Under the pieces are notes generated by a model. It worked only from the letters and a program-made list of their open reading frames with translations. It had not been told where the DNA came from and did no database searches. This document shows positions 20,744-30,349 of a stretch of 64,000 nucleotides of DNA, in pieces; position 1 is the stretch's first letter, and each line of letters starts with the position of its first letter. The position numbers were made by a program, and so were the translations under genes. Origin of the DNA: Thermodesulfobacteriota bacterium (GTDB lineage: Bacteria; Desulfobacterota_D; UBA1144; Nemesobacterales; UBA2774); contig OY729416.1 of the NCBI GenBank assembly GCA_963422265.1, positions 224,001 to 288,000 on the forward strand, given 5' to 3'.

Positions 20744-21310
20744 ATGAAAAAACGTATCAGGCTTCTCTCGGCAGTGGTATTGGTTCTGTCTATTATTTTA
20801 GGTTCTTATTTTTATAATGCCGAAAGCAGCGATAAGGGTCCAGTTCAACCCATAAGGTTTAGTCATAAAATACATGCTCAGGAGGACCAAATCCCCTGCG
20901 AGTACTGCCACAGTTTTGTGGACGTCTCTCCTAATCCCGGGATACCTTCATTAAAGAAGTGTATGGGGTGTCATCAACATATAGTAGGGCGGGATGTTGA
21001 GTATGATTTTGACGGCGCAAAAATAAACATTAGGCAAGAGATAAGTAAAGTAAGACAACACTGGGATAAAAAAGAGCCTATTCCTTGGATCAAGGTTAAC
21101 TCCATGCCGGATTACGTTCATTTTACTCATAAACGTCATATAAAACGAGGTATAGAGTGCTCACAGTGTCACGGGGACGTTGCCAGCATGGATCAGGTGC
21201 ATAAAGTTCACAGACTCAATATGGGTTTCTGTATTCAATGTCATACTAAGAATGCGAAGGACGAGGAAGAGCTTGCCCGCCTAAAGGATTGCCTGACCTG
21301 TCATTATTAA
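20744..21310 (+). CDS. actA: Alternative complex III pentaheme cytochrome c
   Basis: N-terminal TM, QPIRFSHKIH, five CxxCH motifs. Confidence 0.9.
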   Translation: MKKRIRLLSAVVLVLSIILGSYFYNAESSDKGPVQPIRFSHKIHAQEDQIPCEYCHSFVDVSPNPGIPSLKKCMGCHQHIVGRDVEYDFDGAKINIRQEISKVRQHWDKKEPIPWIKVNSMPDYVHFTHKRHIKRGIECSQCHGDVASMDQVHKVHRLNMGFCIQCHTKNAKDEEELARLKDCLTCHY

Positions 21311-21322
21311 TCGGAGGATAGA

Positions 21323-24280
21323 ATGCCTGAAGATAAAAGGGCTGAGCGAAGAGATAAAGAGAGTGGTATTAAGAGAAGAGACTTTCTTAAGATAATAGGC
21401 GTCGCTGGAGGAACCGCCGCCGTAACGGGTGCGTGTTCTGAGCCTGTGGAGCAAATAATTCCGTATGTAATTCCACCTGAAGGCGTCGTACCTGGGGTTC
21501 CCAACTGGTATGCTAGCACGTGCAGAGAGTGTCCAGCAGGCTGTGGAATAGTCGTAAAGAATCGTGAAGGGCGGGCGATTAAAATTGAGGGGAATACGGA
21601 AAACCCAATAAACGAAGGTTCGAGTTGCGCCCGCGGTCAGGCTTCACTTCAAGGTCTTTATAATCCCGATCGTATAAGTTCACCCCTCAGTAAAAATGAT
21701 AAGGGCAAGTATGAGCCTATCGGGTGGGAAAATGCTGAGAAAATTTTAGCCCAAAAAATAGCGGAGATAAGAGAGAAAAGATCAGGTGGTAAGGCTGTAT
21801 TTTTGACTAGTCATGTAGCAGGCACTTTTGGCAATTTGGTTGATGAATGGATGGACGCCTTGGATGGCGAGCGTATTTCTTATGAAGCTTTTTCTTACGA
21901 ACCGCTTAAAGAAGCTAATAGATTAGCTTTTGGCATAGACAAGATACCAACTTACAAGATAGATAAAGCCGATTATCTTCTTTCATTCAGTTCAGATTTT
22001 ATTGAGACGTGGCTTTCTCCCGTTGAGCACTCTAAGAAGTTTAGTCAGATGCACGGCGTTAAGGGTAAGTCTATAGGCAAGTTTATTTACGTTTCCCCAA
22101 GGGCTTCACTTACTGGCACGAACGCTGACGAATGGGTTTCTATAAAGCCTGGCACGGAAGGGTTTCTCGCTTTGGGACTGGCGAACGTAATAGTGAACGA
22201 AGGTTTATCCTCACGCTCTATAGACGGATTAAAAGGGATTTTGGCTAACTATCCACCTGACAAAGTGTCTTCCGTTACGGACATTCCCGTAGATGCGATT
22301 AGGCGGATAGCAAAAGATTTTGCTGGTATGGGCAGCAGTCTGGCAATAGGGGGCGGGGTAGCTAACTCGTCAACTAATGCGACGGAAACGCTTATCGCCA
22401 TAAATATTCTCAATTACGTAGCTGGTAATATAGGGGATACGGTTGATTTTGGTGATACTTTGAGCATTTCAGACGTAAATACGTTTCAAGACGTATCTTC
22501 GCTAGTCAGTTCTATGGATGATGGGAAGGTAGAGCTACTATTCATACATGATGTGAATCCAGCTTTTACGTTGCCCAAATCACTTAAATTTGAAGAGGCG
22601 ATCAAGAACGTTCCTTACGTCGTCAGCTTTTCGAGCTTTCCTGATGAAACGACCGAATTGGCTGATCTAGTTCTTCCGGACAGCACGTTTCTTGAGAGTT
22701 GGGGCGATTATGCTCCCAGAGAGAGCGTGCTGGGTTTGACTCAGCCAACTATGAAGCCGGTGTTTAATACTAAATCTACAGGTGACGTGATTTTATCGGT
22801 AAGCGGACGAGTTGAGGAAATCAAGGACAGATTTAAGAGGAAAACCTATTATGATTATCTAAGGGATTCATGGCGGAAGGTCTGGAGTGAGAATTCGGTA
22901 GGGGTTAGTTTTGATACGTTCTGGAATGATTCGCTTAAGAGAGGCGGATATTACAAGAAAGTAACACCTGTTCAGTTGTCACTTTCAAGTTCTGTCAATA
23001 GCTTCAAATTCTCAGGAGCGGAAATAGAAGGGCAGGGTGACTATTACTTTTTAACATATCCATCTTATAGGTACTACGATGGGAGGGGGGCGAACAAGCC
23101 CTGGCTTCAGGAACTTCCCGAGGCTATATCTACGGGAACTTGGGACTCATGGGTTGAAATCCATCCTGATACCGCCAAGAAGATGGGGATCCAGCTTGGG
23201 GACTTCGTAGCGATAGAATCCACTCACGGAATGATCCAAACTCAGGCTTACGTTTATCAGGGAATAAGACCTGATACGCTTGCAGTTATGATAGGCCAAG
23301 GGCATACAAGCTATGGAAGGTACGCGAAGGGGAGAGGTGTTAATCCTGTAGATATACTTCCTGTAACCACCGACAAGCTGTCGGGTGGATTCGCATGGCT
23401 ATCTACAAAGGTGAAAGCGTCAGGGGTGGGTAAGCGTGCACAGTTCGTCCAGACTCAATATACTACTACGCAGCACGACAGGATAGTTGCCAAGACCATC
23501 TCGCTCAACGAGCTTAAAAACGGAATACAACACGAGGAGCACCACGAGCCCGATTTTTATCCCCCTCGTAAATATGCAAATTACCGTTGGGGCATGGCTA
23601 TTGATCTGCAAAAGTGCTCTGGCTGCGGCGCTTGCGTAACGGCTTGCTACGCTGAGAATAATATTCCTTTTGTGGGGAAGGAACTCGTAGCTAAAAGGCG
23701 GGATATGGCATGGATAAGAATAGAGAGGTATTTTGAAAAGGCTGATAACGCCGCCGGATTCAAAACTCAGTATCTCCCAATGACCTGCCAGCAATGTGGA
23801 AATGCCCCATGCGAGCCTGTATGTCCGGTTTATGCTACGTATCACAACCCCGAGGGGTTGAACGGCATGGTATATAACCGCTGCGTAGGAACAAGGTATT
23901 GCTCTAATAACTGCACGTATAAGGTTAGAAAGTTTAACTGGTTCAACTACAAATTGCCTGAGCCTCTAAATTGGCAGTTGAACCCTGACGTCACAGTCAG
24001 AAGTAAGGGCGTGATGGAAAAATGCACGTTCTGCGTTCAGAGGATTAACTATGGAAAAGATATTGCTAAGGATAAGGGTAGGGACGTTAGAGACGGTGAG
24101 ATAAAGGTAGCCTGCGAGCAGGCTTGTCCTTCAGATGCGATAGTTTTTGGGAATTTACAGGAAGAAGGCAGTAAGGTATCGGAGCTTTCCCATGATAAAA
24201 GGGGCTACAAGGTGCTTGAGGTAATAAATACGCAACCTGCGATTACTTATCTAAAAAAAGTGACATGGGATAAGGCATAA
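21323..24280 (+). CDS. actB: Alternative complex III subunit B (molybdopterin-oxidoreductase fold plus Fe-S domain)
   Basis: Tat signal KRRDFLK with GAC, N-terminal CRECPAGC, C-terminal polyferredoxin cysteine motifs, RSKGVMEKCTFC. Confidence 0.92.
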   Translation: MPEDKRAERRDKESGIKRRDFLKIIGVAGGTAAVTGACSEPVEQIIPYVIPPEGVVPGVPNWYASTCRECPAGCGIVVKNREGRAIKIEGNTENPINEGSSCARGQASLQGLYNPDRISSPLSKNDKGKYEPIGWENAEKILAQKIAEIREKRSGGKAVFLTSHVAGTFGNLVDEWMDALDGERISYEAFSYEPLKEANRLAFGIDKIPTYKIDKADYLLSFSSDFIETWLSPVEHSKKFSQMHGVKGKSIGKFIYVSPRASLTGTNADEWVSIKPGTEGFLALGLANVIVNEGLSSRSIDGLKGILANYPPDKVSSVTDIPVDAIRRIAKDFAGMGSSLAIGGGVANSSTNATETLIAINILNYVAGNIGDTVDFGDTLSISDVNTFQDVSSLVSSMDDGKVELLFIHDVNPAFTLPKSLKFEEAIKNVPYVVSFSSFPDETTELADLVLPDSTFLESWGDYAPRESVLGLTQPTMKPVFNTKSTGDVILSVSGRVEEIKDRFKRKTYYDYLRDSWRKVWSENSVGVSFDTFWNDSLKRGGYYKKVTPVQLSLSSSVNSFKFSGAEIEGQGDYYFLTYPSYRYYDGRGANKPWLQELPEAISTGTWDSWVEIHPDTAKKMGIQLGDFVAIESTHGMIQTQAYVYQGIRPDTLAVMIGQGHTSYGRYAKGRGVNPVDILPVTTDKLSGGFAWLSTKVKASGVGKRAQFVQTQYTTTQHDRIVAKTISLNELKNGIQHEEHHEPDFYPPRKYANYRWGMAIDLQKCSGCGACVTACYAENNIPFVGKELVAKRRDMAWIRIERYFEKADNAAGFKTQYLPMTCQQCGNAPCEPVCPVYATYHNPEGLNGMVYNRCVGTRYCSNNCTYKVRKFNWFNYKLPEPLNWQLNPDVTVRSKGVMEKCTFCVQRINYGKDIAKDKGRDVRDGEIKVACEQACPSDAIVFGNLQEEGSKVSELSHDKRGYKVLEVINTQPAITYLKKVTWDKA

Positions 24281-25614
24281 TGAGCGAGACGAACACTTTA
24301 ACTTACGCAAAAGTAAATGAAGACGTAATACGTATGCTGGATAAGCCTACGTTTAAGTGGTGGGCTCTTTTCCTGCCTACGTTAGCTTTTGTGGGATTCG
24401 GCGTATTCTGTTTTCTCTATCAAACTTACACAGGCTTAGGCGTAGCGGGTTACAGGCACCCAGTGTTCTGGGGCGTTTATATTACGGATTTCGTGTTCTG
24501 GGTTGGTATAGCCCATTCAGGGACGTTAATTTCCGCCATACTTTTCTTGTTTAGGGCGAATTTCAGGATGTCTATCTACAGAATCGCCGAGGGTATGACG
24601 GTATTCGCCGTTCTTACGGCGGGGCTTTTTCCTATTATACACTTGGGCAGACCATGGAACTTCTACTGGTTATTTCCTTACCCAAACCAAAGGGAACTGT
24701 GGATAAACTTTAAGTCTCCTCTAGTTTGGGACGTTTTTGCGGTAAGCACTTATCTTACGGTTAGCTCCTTGTTTTTCTTCGTTGGTATGATTCCTGACCT
24801 CGCAGCTATTAGAGACAGAGTTAAAGAAGCGCCTAGAAAGCTCATTTATTCCATACTTTCCTTGGGTTGGAAGGGAAGCAACTGGGAGTGGCTTCACTAT
24901 ACTAGGGCGTATCTATTTTTTGCAGCCTTTGCGACCCCTCTTGTGCTTTCGGTGCACAGCGTGGTTTCCTGGGACTTTGCCATGTCTAATCTGCCGGGGT
25001 GGCACACCACGATCTTCGCCCCTTATTTCGTCGCCGGTGCTATTTTTTCAGGCTTGGGAATGGTTATTACACTTACCGTGCCAATAAGAACAATATTTCG
25101 CTTAGAAGAATATATTACCCTTGATAACTACGATGGCATGGCAAAGCTCATAATTTTTACTTCTCTTATAGTTGGTTACGCCTATGGCGTTGAGTTCTTT
25201 ATGGCTTGGTACAGTGGAAGTCCTTATGAATGGGGGCAATTTTATTACAGAGCCACTGGCGAATACGCCCTGTTTTACTGGATTATGGTAGTTTGTAACG
25301 TTCTGATTCCCATTCCCCTTTGGTTCAAATCGGTGCGTAGAAACATAAAGGTTCTCTTCATTATATCCATATTTATAAATATAGGCATGTGGTTTGAAAG
25401 GTTTAATATTATCGTAATTTCTCTATCACAGGGGTTTGATCCGGGAGCATGGGGTATCTACAAGCCTTCCTGGGTTGAAATAGGCATAACAGTCGGAAGC
25501 TTTGCTTGGTTCTTTATGTTCTTTCTGTTATTTATCAAAACCCTTCCTTCGGTTTCAATTGCAGAGATGAAGGAGATATTGCCAGTTCCACGTAGGGAGG
25601 CAAAGACGCAATGA
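24280..25614 (+). CDS. actC: Alternative complex III quinol-oxidising membrane subunit (NrfD family)
   Basis: WVGIAHSGTLISA, HLGRPW, SPLVWD, SVHSVVSWDFA, GWHTTIF. Confidence 0.93.
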   Translation: MSETNTLTYAKVNEDVIRMLDKPTFKWWALFLPTLAFVGFGVFCFLYQTYTGLGVAGYRHPVFWGVYITDFVFWVGIAHSGTLISAILFLFRANFRMSIYRIAEGMTVFAVLTAGLFPIIHLGRPWNFYWLFPYPNQRELWINFKSPLVWDVFAVSTYLTVSSLFFFVGMIPDLAAIRDRVKEAPRKLIYSILSLGWKGSNWEWLHYTRAYLFFAAFATPLVLSVHSVVSWDFAMSNLPGWHTTIFAPYFVAGAIFSGLGMVITLTVPIRTIFRLEEYITLDNYDGMAKLIIFTSLIVGYAYGVEFFMAWYSGSPYEWGQFYYRATGEYALFYWIMVVCNVLIPIPLWFKSVRRNIKVLFIISIFINIGMWFERFNIIVISLSQGFDPGAWGIYKPSWVEIGITVGSFAWFFMFFLLFIKTLPSVSIAEMKEILPVPRREAKTQ

Positions 25615-26123
25615 AAAAAGATCAGTACGTTCAGGGAATTTTTTCCTACGTTGATGACGTTGTAGAGACTGTAAAAAGACTAAAGGAATCTGGATTTAAA
25701 AATTTACGCGTTTTTTCTCCTGTCCCGAATCATGAGATTGAAGAGGTAATGGATGAGCCTGAAAGTATAGTGCGCTTCTTTACTTTAGGCGGGGCTATGC
25801 TTGGTGCCGCGTGCGGAGTAGGCTTTACCGTTCTCACTTCTACGGCTTACCCCATAGCGGTGAGTGCAAAACCAATAGTATCTCTTCCCCCTTACATGGT
25901 AATTATTTTTGAGCTTACTATCTTAATAGGGGCTCTTTCTACTCTTTTAGGCTTGCTTATCAACTCGAGGTTAAGGAGAAACGCCCCAAGGGCTATGTAT
26001 GATCCAAGGTTTTCTGAAGACAAATTTGGAGTTATGGTGACCTGCTCCAAAGACGGCGTGGAGCAAGTCAATGAGATTCTCAACTCTCAAGGGGCTGAGG
26101 AAGTTAGGTTTGATGGAGTCTGA
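25611..26123 (+). CDS. actD: Alternative complex III subunit D (DUF3341)
   Basis: FSPVPNH, two TMs, IFELTIL, DPRFSEDKF; operon position. Confidence 0.9.
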   Translation: MKKDQYVQGIFSYVDDVVETVKRLKESGFKNLRVFSPVPNHEIEEVMDEPESIVRFFTLGGAMLGAACGVGFTVLTSTAYPIAVSAKPIVSLPPYMVIIFELTILIGALSTLLGLLINSRLRRNAPRAMYDPRFSEDKFGVMVTCSKDGVEQVNEILNSQGAEEVRFDGV

Positions 26124-26149
26124 TAGAAGTATGGGAGGTTAGGACGATA

Positions 26150-26695
26150 TTGTTTGTTAAGCACAAGAGATACTATCTGCTTTTATTGCCAGTCTTGGGT
26201 TTATTCATGGGGGCAAAGGCTTTTGGTTTTCCATGGAACTTTGATATGTGGCTTCAGCCCTCTATCCTTCCTTATGAAGAGCCAATTGCGTATCCTGAGC
26301 TTTCCGTGTCGCGAGAGGGACTGATGCTAAAACCCTTGCCTAGAGAGGATTTTGAGGCTATTGCCGAGTCTCCGGTATTCCCTACTGAAGCATCATTGGT
26401 TAATGGGCAAAAGTTATATAATAGGCATTGTTACACTTGTCACGGCGAGAAGGGAATGGGTGATGGTCCTGTAATTAAAAGGGGTTTTTACCCGCTTAAC
26501 CTTACTTCTCCCGGTGTAGTGGGTAGGACTGATGGTTATATCTATGCTTATATAAGATATGGTGGAAAGGTGATGATGCCTAGCTATCGTGAGAACTTAT
26601 CTTCCACGATGGCTTGGGATATAGTGAACTATGTCCGAAGGCTCCAGGAGGATCAGCAGAAAGGGATTAATACCGCGGAGGGGAATGCCGAGTAA
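26150..26695 (+). CDS. actE: Alternative complex III monoheme cytochrome c
   Basis: DMWLQP, CYTCHG, MMPSY, WDIVNYVR. Confidence 0.88.
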   Translation: MFVKHKRYYLLLLPVLGLFMGAKAFGFPWNFDMWLQPSILPYEEPIAYPELSVSREGLMLKPLPREDFEAIAESPVFPTEASLVNGQKLYNRHCYTCHGEKGMGDGPVIKRGFYPLNLTSPGVVGRTDGYIYAYIRYGGKVMMPSYRENLSSTMAWDIVNYVRRLQEDQQKGINTAEGNAE

Positions 26696-26696
26696 G

Positions 26697-27941
26697 ATGG
26701 ATGAGCAAATCAGAGACGACGTACTTGTTAAGAGAGCCCATATACCCAGCTTAGCCATATATGTTCTTTTGGCAGTTGCTGTTGTGGGATTCGGCGCATT
26801 CACGTTGCGGGTTATGGGAGCGAATCCTGACGAGGCGTGGCAAATATTCTTAGTGAATTTTCTGTTCTGGACGGGTATCGCTCAGGCGGGCATAGTCTTT
26901 TCCTGTATTCTGCGTATTACAAACGCTAGATGGGCAAGGCCGCTTCTCCGGATGAGCGAGGGGTTGGGGGCATTTCTTCCTGTCTCTTTAGTCCTTTTGT
27001 TGATTATATTTGTCGGCAGAGAGTATTTGCTTCCTTACGCAACTGAGCATTACCATCACCCGAAAGACGTCTGGCTTGATACAAGATTCGTATTCGCTAG
27101 GAACGTATTAGGATTTACTGTCCTGTTTCTGTTGAGCTACTACTATCTTTACAACTCTCTCAGGCAAGATCTCGGTGGTGCTGGCGAGCGGTTGAGCGGT
27201 TTGGCTTTCTGGGTAGCTTCCGGATGGACAGGTGAAGAAGAGAGAGGAAAAGTCTGGAAAAGATTAGGCGTCCTGGCGCCAGCGATATTGATTTTCTATG
27301 CGATTGTTTTTAGTTTTTTCGCATGGGACTTTATGATGTCTTTAAACCCGCATTGGTTCAGCACCCTCTTTGGTCCTTATTATTTTATGGCTAGTTTTAT
27401 TGCTTCTCTTGGGGTTACGATCATTCTGTCCGTGATGCTCAGAAAGAGGCTCGGTTTAGAGGAATACTTGGTAGATAATCAGTATCACGATATAGGTAAA
27501 ATGCTTCAGGGGTTCTCATTGTTTTGGGTTTATCTCTTCTTCTCGCAGTTGCTTCCAATATGGTATGCGAATATGCCAGAGGAGACCGGCTTTGTAATTA
27601 CCCGCGTCAAGGACGAGCCGTTCAGGTCTTTGTCCTGGGTAGTTTTGAGCTGCTGCTTCATTATTCCTTTCGCTTCACTTATGCCTAGAACAAATAAAAT
27701 CGTAAAGCCTATCTTGGTATTCATTGCGTCAATTTCAGTGACGGGATTCTTTATAGAAAAATACGTTCTCGTAGTTCCGTCATTATCTGACACGATTACT
27801 TTCGGGATAATTCACATACTAATTACTCTTGGTTTCTTAGCGGCTTTCGTGCTTATGTTTCTGTTGTTTATGAGGGCTTTTCCCTCAATACCCATAGGAG
27901 ATCCCTTCTTTGGCGGCAAAGCTAGTAAAGGAGAGCATTGA
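26697..27941 (+). CDS. actF: Alternative complex III subunit F
   Basis: About 10 TMs, WDFMMSLNPHWFSTLFG, HDIGK, IWYANMPEE; ATG at 26697 directly after actE. Confidence 0.9.
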   Translation: MDEQIRDDVLVKRAHIPSLAIYVLLAVAVVGFGAFTLRVMGANPDEAWQIFLVNFLFWTGIAQAGIVFSCILRITNARWARPLLRMSEGLGAFLPVSLVLLLIIFVGREYLLPYATEHYHHPKDVWLDTRFVFARNVLGFTVLFLLSYYYLYNSLRQDLGGAGERLSGLAFWVASGWTGEEERGKVWKRLGVLAPAILIFYAIVFSFFAWDFMMSLNPHWFSTLFGPYYFMASFIASLGVTIILSVMLRKRLGLEEYLVDNQYHDIGKMLQGFSLFWVYLFFSQLLPIWYANMPEETGFVITRVKDEPFRSLSWVVLSCCFIIPFASLMPRTNKIVKPILVFIASISVTGFFIEKYVLVVPSLSDTITFGIIHILITLGFLAAFVLMFLLFMRAFPSIPIGDPFFGGKASKGEH

Positions 27942-28084
27942 TGGACGAACGACATCTAGAAATTATTATTCAGGGCGTCGTAGCAGTTGTATGTTGTGGA
28001 ATAGGTGGTTTTATAGCTTTAATCGCGTCAGTCGCCTTTTTTGGTCCTCTGCTTGCCCCGCTTATGAATAAACTCCCGTGGTAA
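27941..28084 (+). CDS. 47-aa single-TM protein translationally coupled to actF
   Basis: TGATG overlap; MDERHLEIIIQGVVAVVCCGIGGFIALIASVAFFGPLLAPLMNKLPW; below the ORF-track cutoff. Confidence 0.6.
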   Translation: MDERHLEIIIQGVVAVVCCGIGGFIALIASVAFFGPLLAPLMNKLPW

Positions 28085-28605
28085 ATAGTTCTGCTGTCTT
28101 CTCCACAACCCACTTTTCTTTGTTCTGTAGCTTGGACGATTTTGCTCGATGAAACGTACTATAAATACTGGGCGTTCGCAACCGAAAAAGGTGTGAAAAA
28201 AGGGAGAAATAGCGCTATTAATTGGGGTTTTGAAAACTTTATAAAACTTATACTTTTTGGCGATTTTCTTTACCTTGGGAAAGTGGATTATATCCATAAT
28301 TAGGCTTTTTAGGCAATAAATGTAATGATTGCAGGGTGTTATGCGTGGTTAATTTTAATAGGTTTTTTTGCCGTTTTTCCTAATAATGCAATAATGACAA
28401 TGGGTTAGAATACCGCTAGGTGAAAGTTTTTAATTTGTTCATCCCCGATCCTAAAGCGAGTTCAGGACAGACATCTGCGGATATATTTGCAATCCCTTGC
28501 CGTTCTTCCTATAAAACGTGAAAATGTGTTATCTTGTAAAAGGGTTGGACGTTATGGCTACAGAGAGGCGTCCGCGATTACAAATTTCTAATCTAGGGAT
28601 TACTA

Positions 28606-28947
28606 ATGTCAAAAGAAGCCGAGATTAAATTTCTTATTAAACTAGACGATAGCGACGCGCCAGAGCAGATATACTGGGACGCGACCGAATCCAAAGGCGA
28701 GGGGTTCAAGCCATGCGATTCTCTTATGGTTTCAATGTGGGACAGGCAAGAGAAGAATACTATGAGCATAGACCTTTGGACGAACGATATGGAAGTGGGA
28801 GAAATGAATTCTCACTATTATTTTACTTTGATGAAGATGGCGGATACCTACGAGAAGGCTACGAGGAACAAAACTCTTTCTCAAATGATAAGAGATTTTG
28901 CCGGAGAGTTTGCGGAGAAAGTGGATAAACTAACTAAGAGAGGATGA
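28606..28947 (+). CDS. gldC: GldC-family protein
   Basis: EIKF.IKLD...PEQIYWDA, SMWD, IDLWTNDM.V.EM, MADTYEKAT match the recalled GldC pattern. Confidence 0.75.
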   Translation: MSKEAEIKFLIKLDDSDAPEQIYWDATESKGEGFKPCDSLMVSMWDRQEKNTMSIDLWTNDMEVGEMNSHYYFTLMKMADTYEKATRNKTLSQMIRDFAGEFAEKVDKLTKRG

Positions 28948-29212
28948 GATTCGCAGATGTGCTCCACATGTTTTCATACATAAGCGCTTAACAAGCATTA
29001 AGAATTATCTAAATTTGTTTTATAGTTAAGTTCATAGTTGGGGAGTTTTTCCCCTCCCCAAAAGTTTAAGTATTGCAGCAGGTCATATAATTGGATATCC
29101 TAAGCTAGAAGGGGATCTAGCGGTTTTCAGTCTTAGGGTGATGGTCACTACCTGCCTTAATTCCGCTCCAACCTTGATTAGTTGTGAAGAACTGAGCTTT
29201 AGGCTTTGAAGC

Positions 29213-30346
29213 ATGGTTAAGAAAGAGGGTCGTAAAAACCGGATATTGCTCATCGCTCCTCTGGGATCTGGTAAGTCCGCCACCAACATCGTTGGGGGAA
29301 ACAGATTGATGGCTGCTGAGTCGATTCATGAGTTGACTCCGCGTGGTTTTGAGGTAGATGTCCTCGACACCTCAGGAAGCGTAACCAATCTATCTCCGTG
29401 GAAAATCCTATTTATTCGCCTGACGAGATTTTTTTTGGTGTTATGGAGCGTAGTGAAAAATATCCGACGCTTCGACGTGGTTTTTCTGCTTATCGCCCCC
29501 TATTCGGCGCTCGTCTTGGCAACGTCAATCTGGGTTATCTGTAAAATCGCGCGCAGACCCATGGTGCTGCGATTATCGGGGTCCAGCTTTGGCGAGGTAT
29601 ACAGCTCATACGGCGCGGTGGCTCGCTGGCTTGCCGATCGTACCTACATGCGCTGTGCGCTGATATATGTCGAAACTCTGCAAACGTCTCAGGAATTCAG
29701 CAATCTGGCGAATGTTCATTGGTTCCCAAATACGCGGAATGTCGAGTCGCCAGCCGTGGTCAGGCGTGACAGAGTGAGTAAACTGATCTTTGCTGGTCGT
29801 TTGGAGCGTAAAAAAGGGCTGGCTGAGGCACTAGAGGCATGCCGTCACCTTCCTGAACATTGTCATCTTCAGGTTTTTGGACCTCCGATGTCTAACACGG
29901 ATTTTTCCCTGTTCGAGGGACATCCCCGGGCGACCTATGGCGGCGTGTTGGAGCCGGCAGAGGTGCCTCGGGTGCTAAGCGAACACGACTTACTTTTATT
30001 CCCCAGTTATTTCAGCACCGAGGGCTATCCGGGCATTATTCTCGAAGCCTTCCAGTGCGGCGTGCCGGTTGTCGCCGCTAGGTGTGGGGGCGTTCCTGAG
30101 GTCGTCGAGCACGAACGCAGCGGGCTGCTGGTGGAACAACGATCCCCGTCGGCGTTGCAGTCGGCTATCGATCGGTTGCTAGACAACCCCGCCTTGTATC
30201 AGCGGTTGCGCCATGGCGCCCAACGCCGAGGGGAATATTTTCGCAGCCCAAACTGGTATGGCCAGATGGCTTCCGACCTAAGCGGCTTGTGTCGTAAAAC
30301 AAATTCCACGTGGAGATCTAACCCATACTCCTCCCGGCCTGTATAG
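29213..30346 (+). CDS. GT4-family glycosyltransferase
   Basis: FAGRLERKKG, LFPSY..EGYPGIILEAFQCGVPVVA. Confidence 0.92.
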   Translation: MVKKEGRKNRILLIAPLGSGKSATNIVGGNRLMAAESIHELTPRGFEVDVLDTSGSVTNLSPWKILFIRLTRFFLVLWSVVKNIRRFDVVFLLIAPYSALVLATSIWVICKIARRPMVLRLSGSSFGEVYSSYGAVARWLADRTYMRCALIYVETLQTSQEFSNLANVHWFPNTRNVESPAVVRRDRVSKLIFAGRLERKKGLAEALEACRHLPEHCHLQVFGPPMSNTDFSLFEGHPRATYGGVLEPAEVPRVLSEHDLLLFPSYFSTEGYPGIILEAFQCGVPVVAARCGGVPEVVEHERSGLLVEQRSPSALQSAIDRLLDNPALYQRLRHGAQRRGEYFRSPNWYGQMASDLSGLCRKTNSTWRSNPYSSRPV

Positions 30347-30349
30347 GAG

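Noticed and set aside
21323-24280. Stand-alone molybdoenzyme reductase
   Set aside because: The fused Fe-S domain and actA/C/D/E/F context identify ActB.
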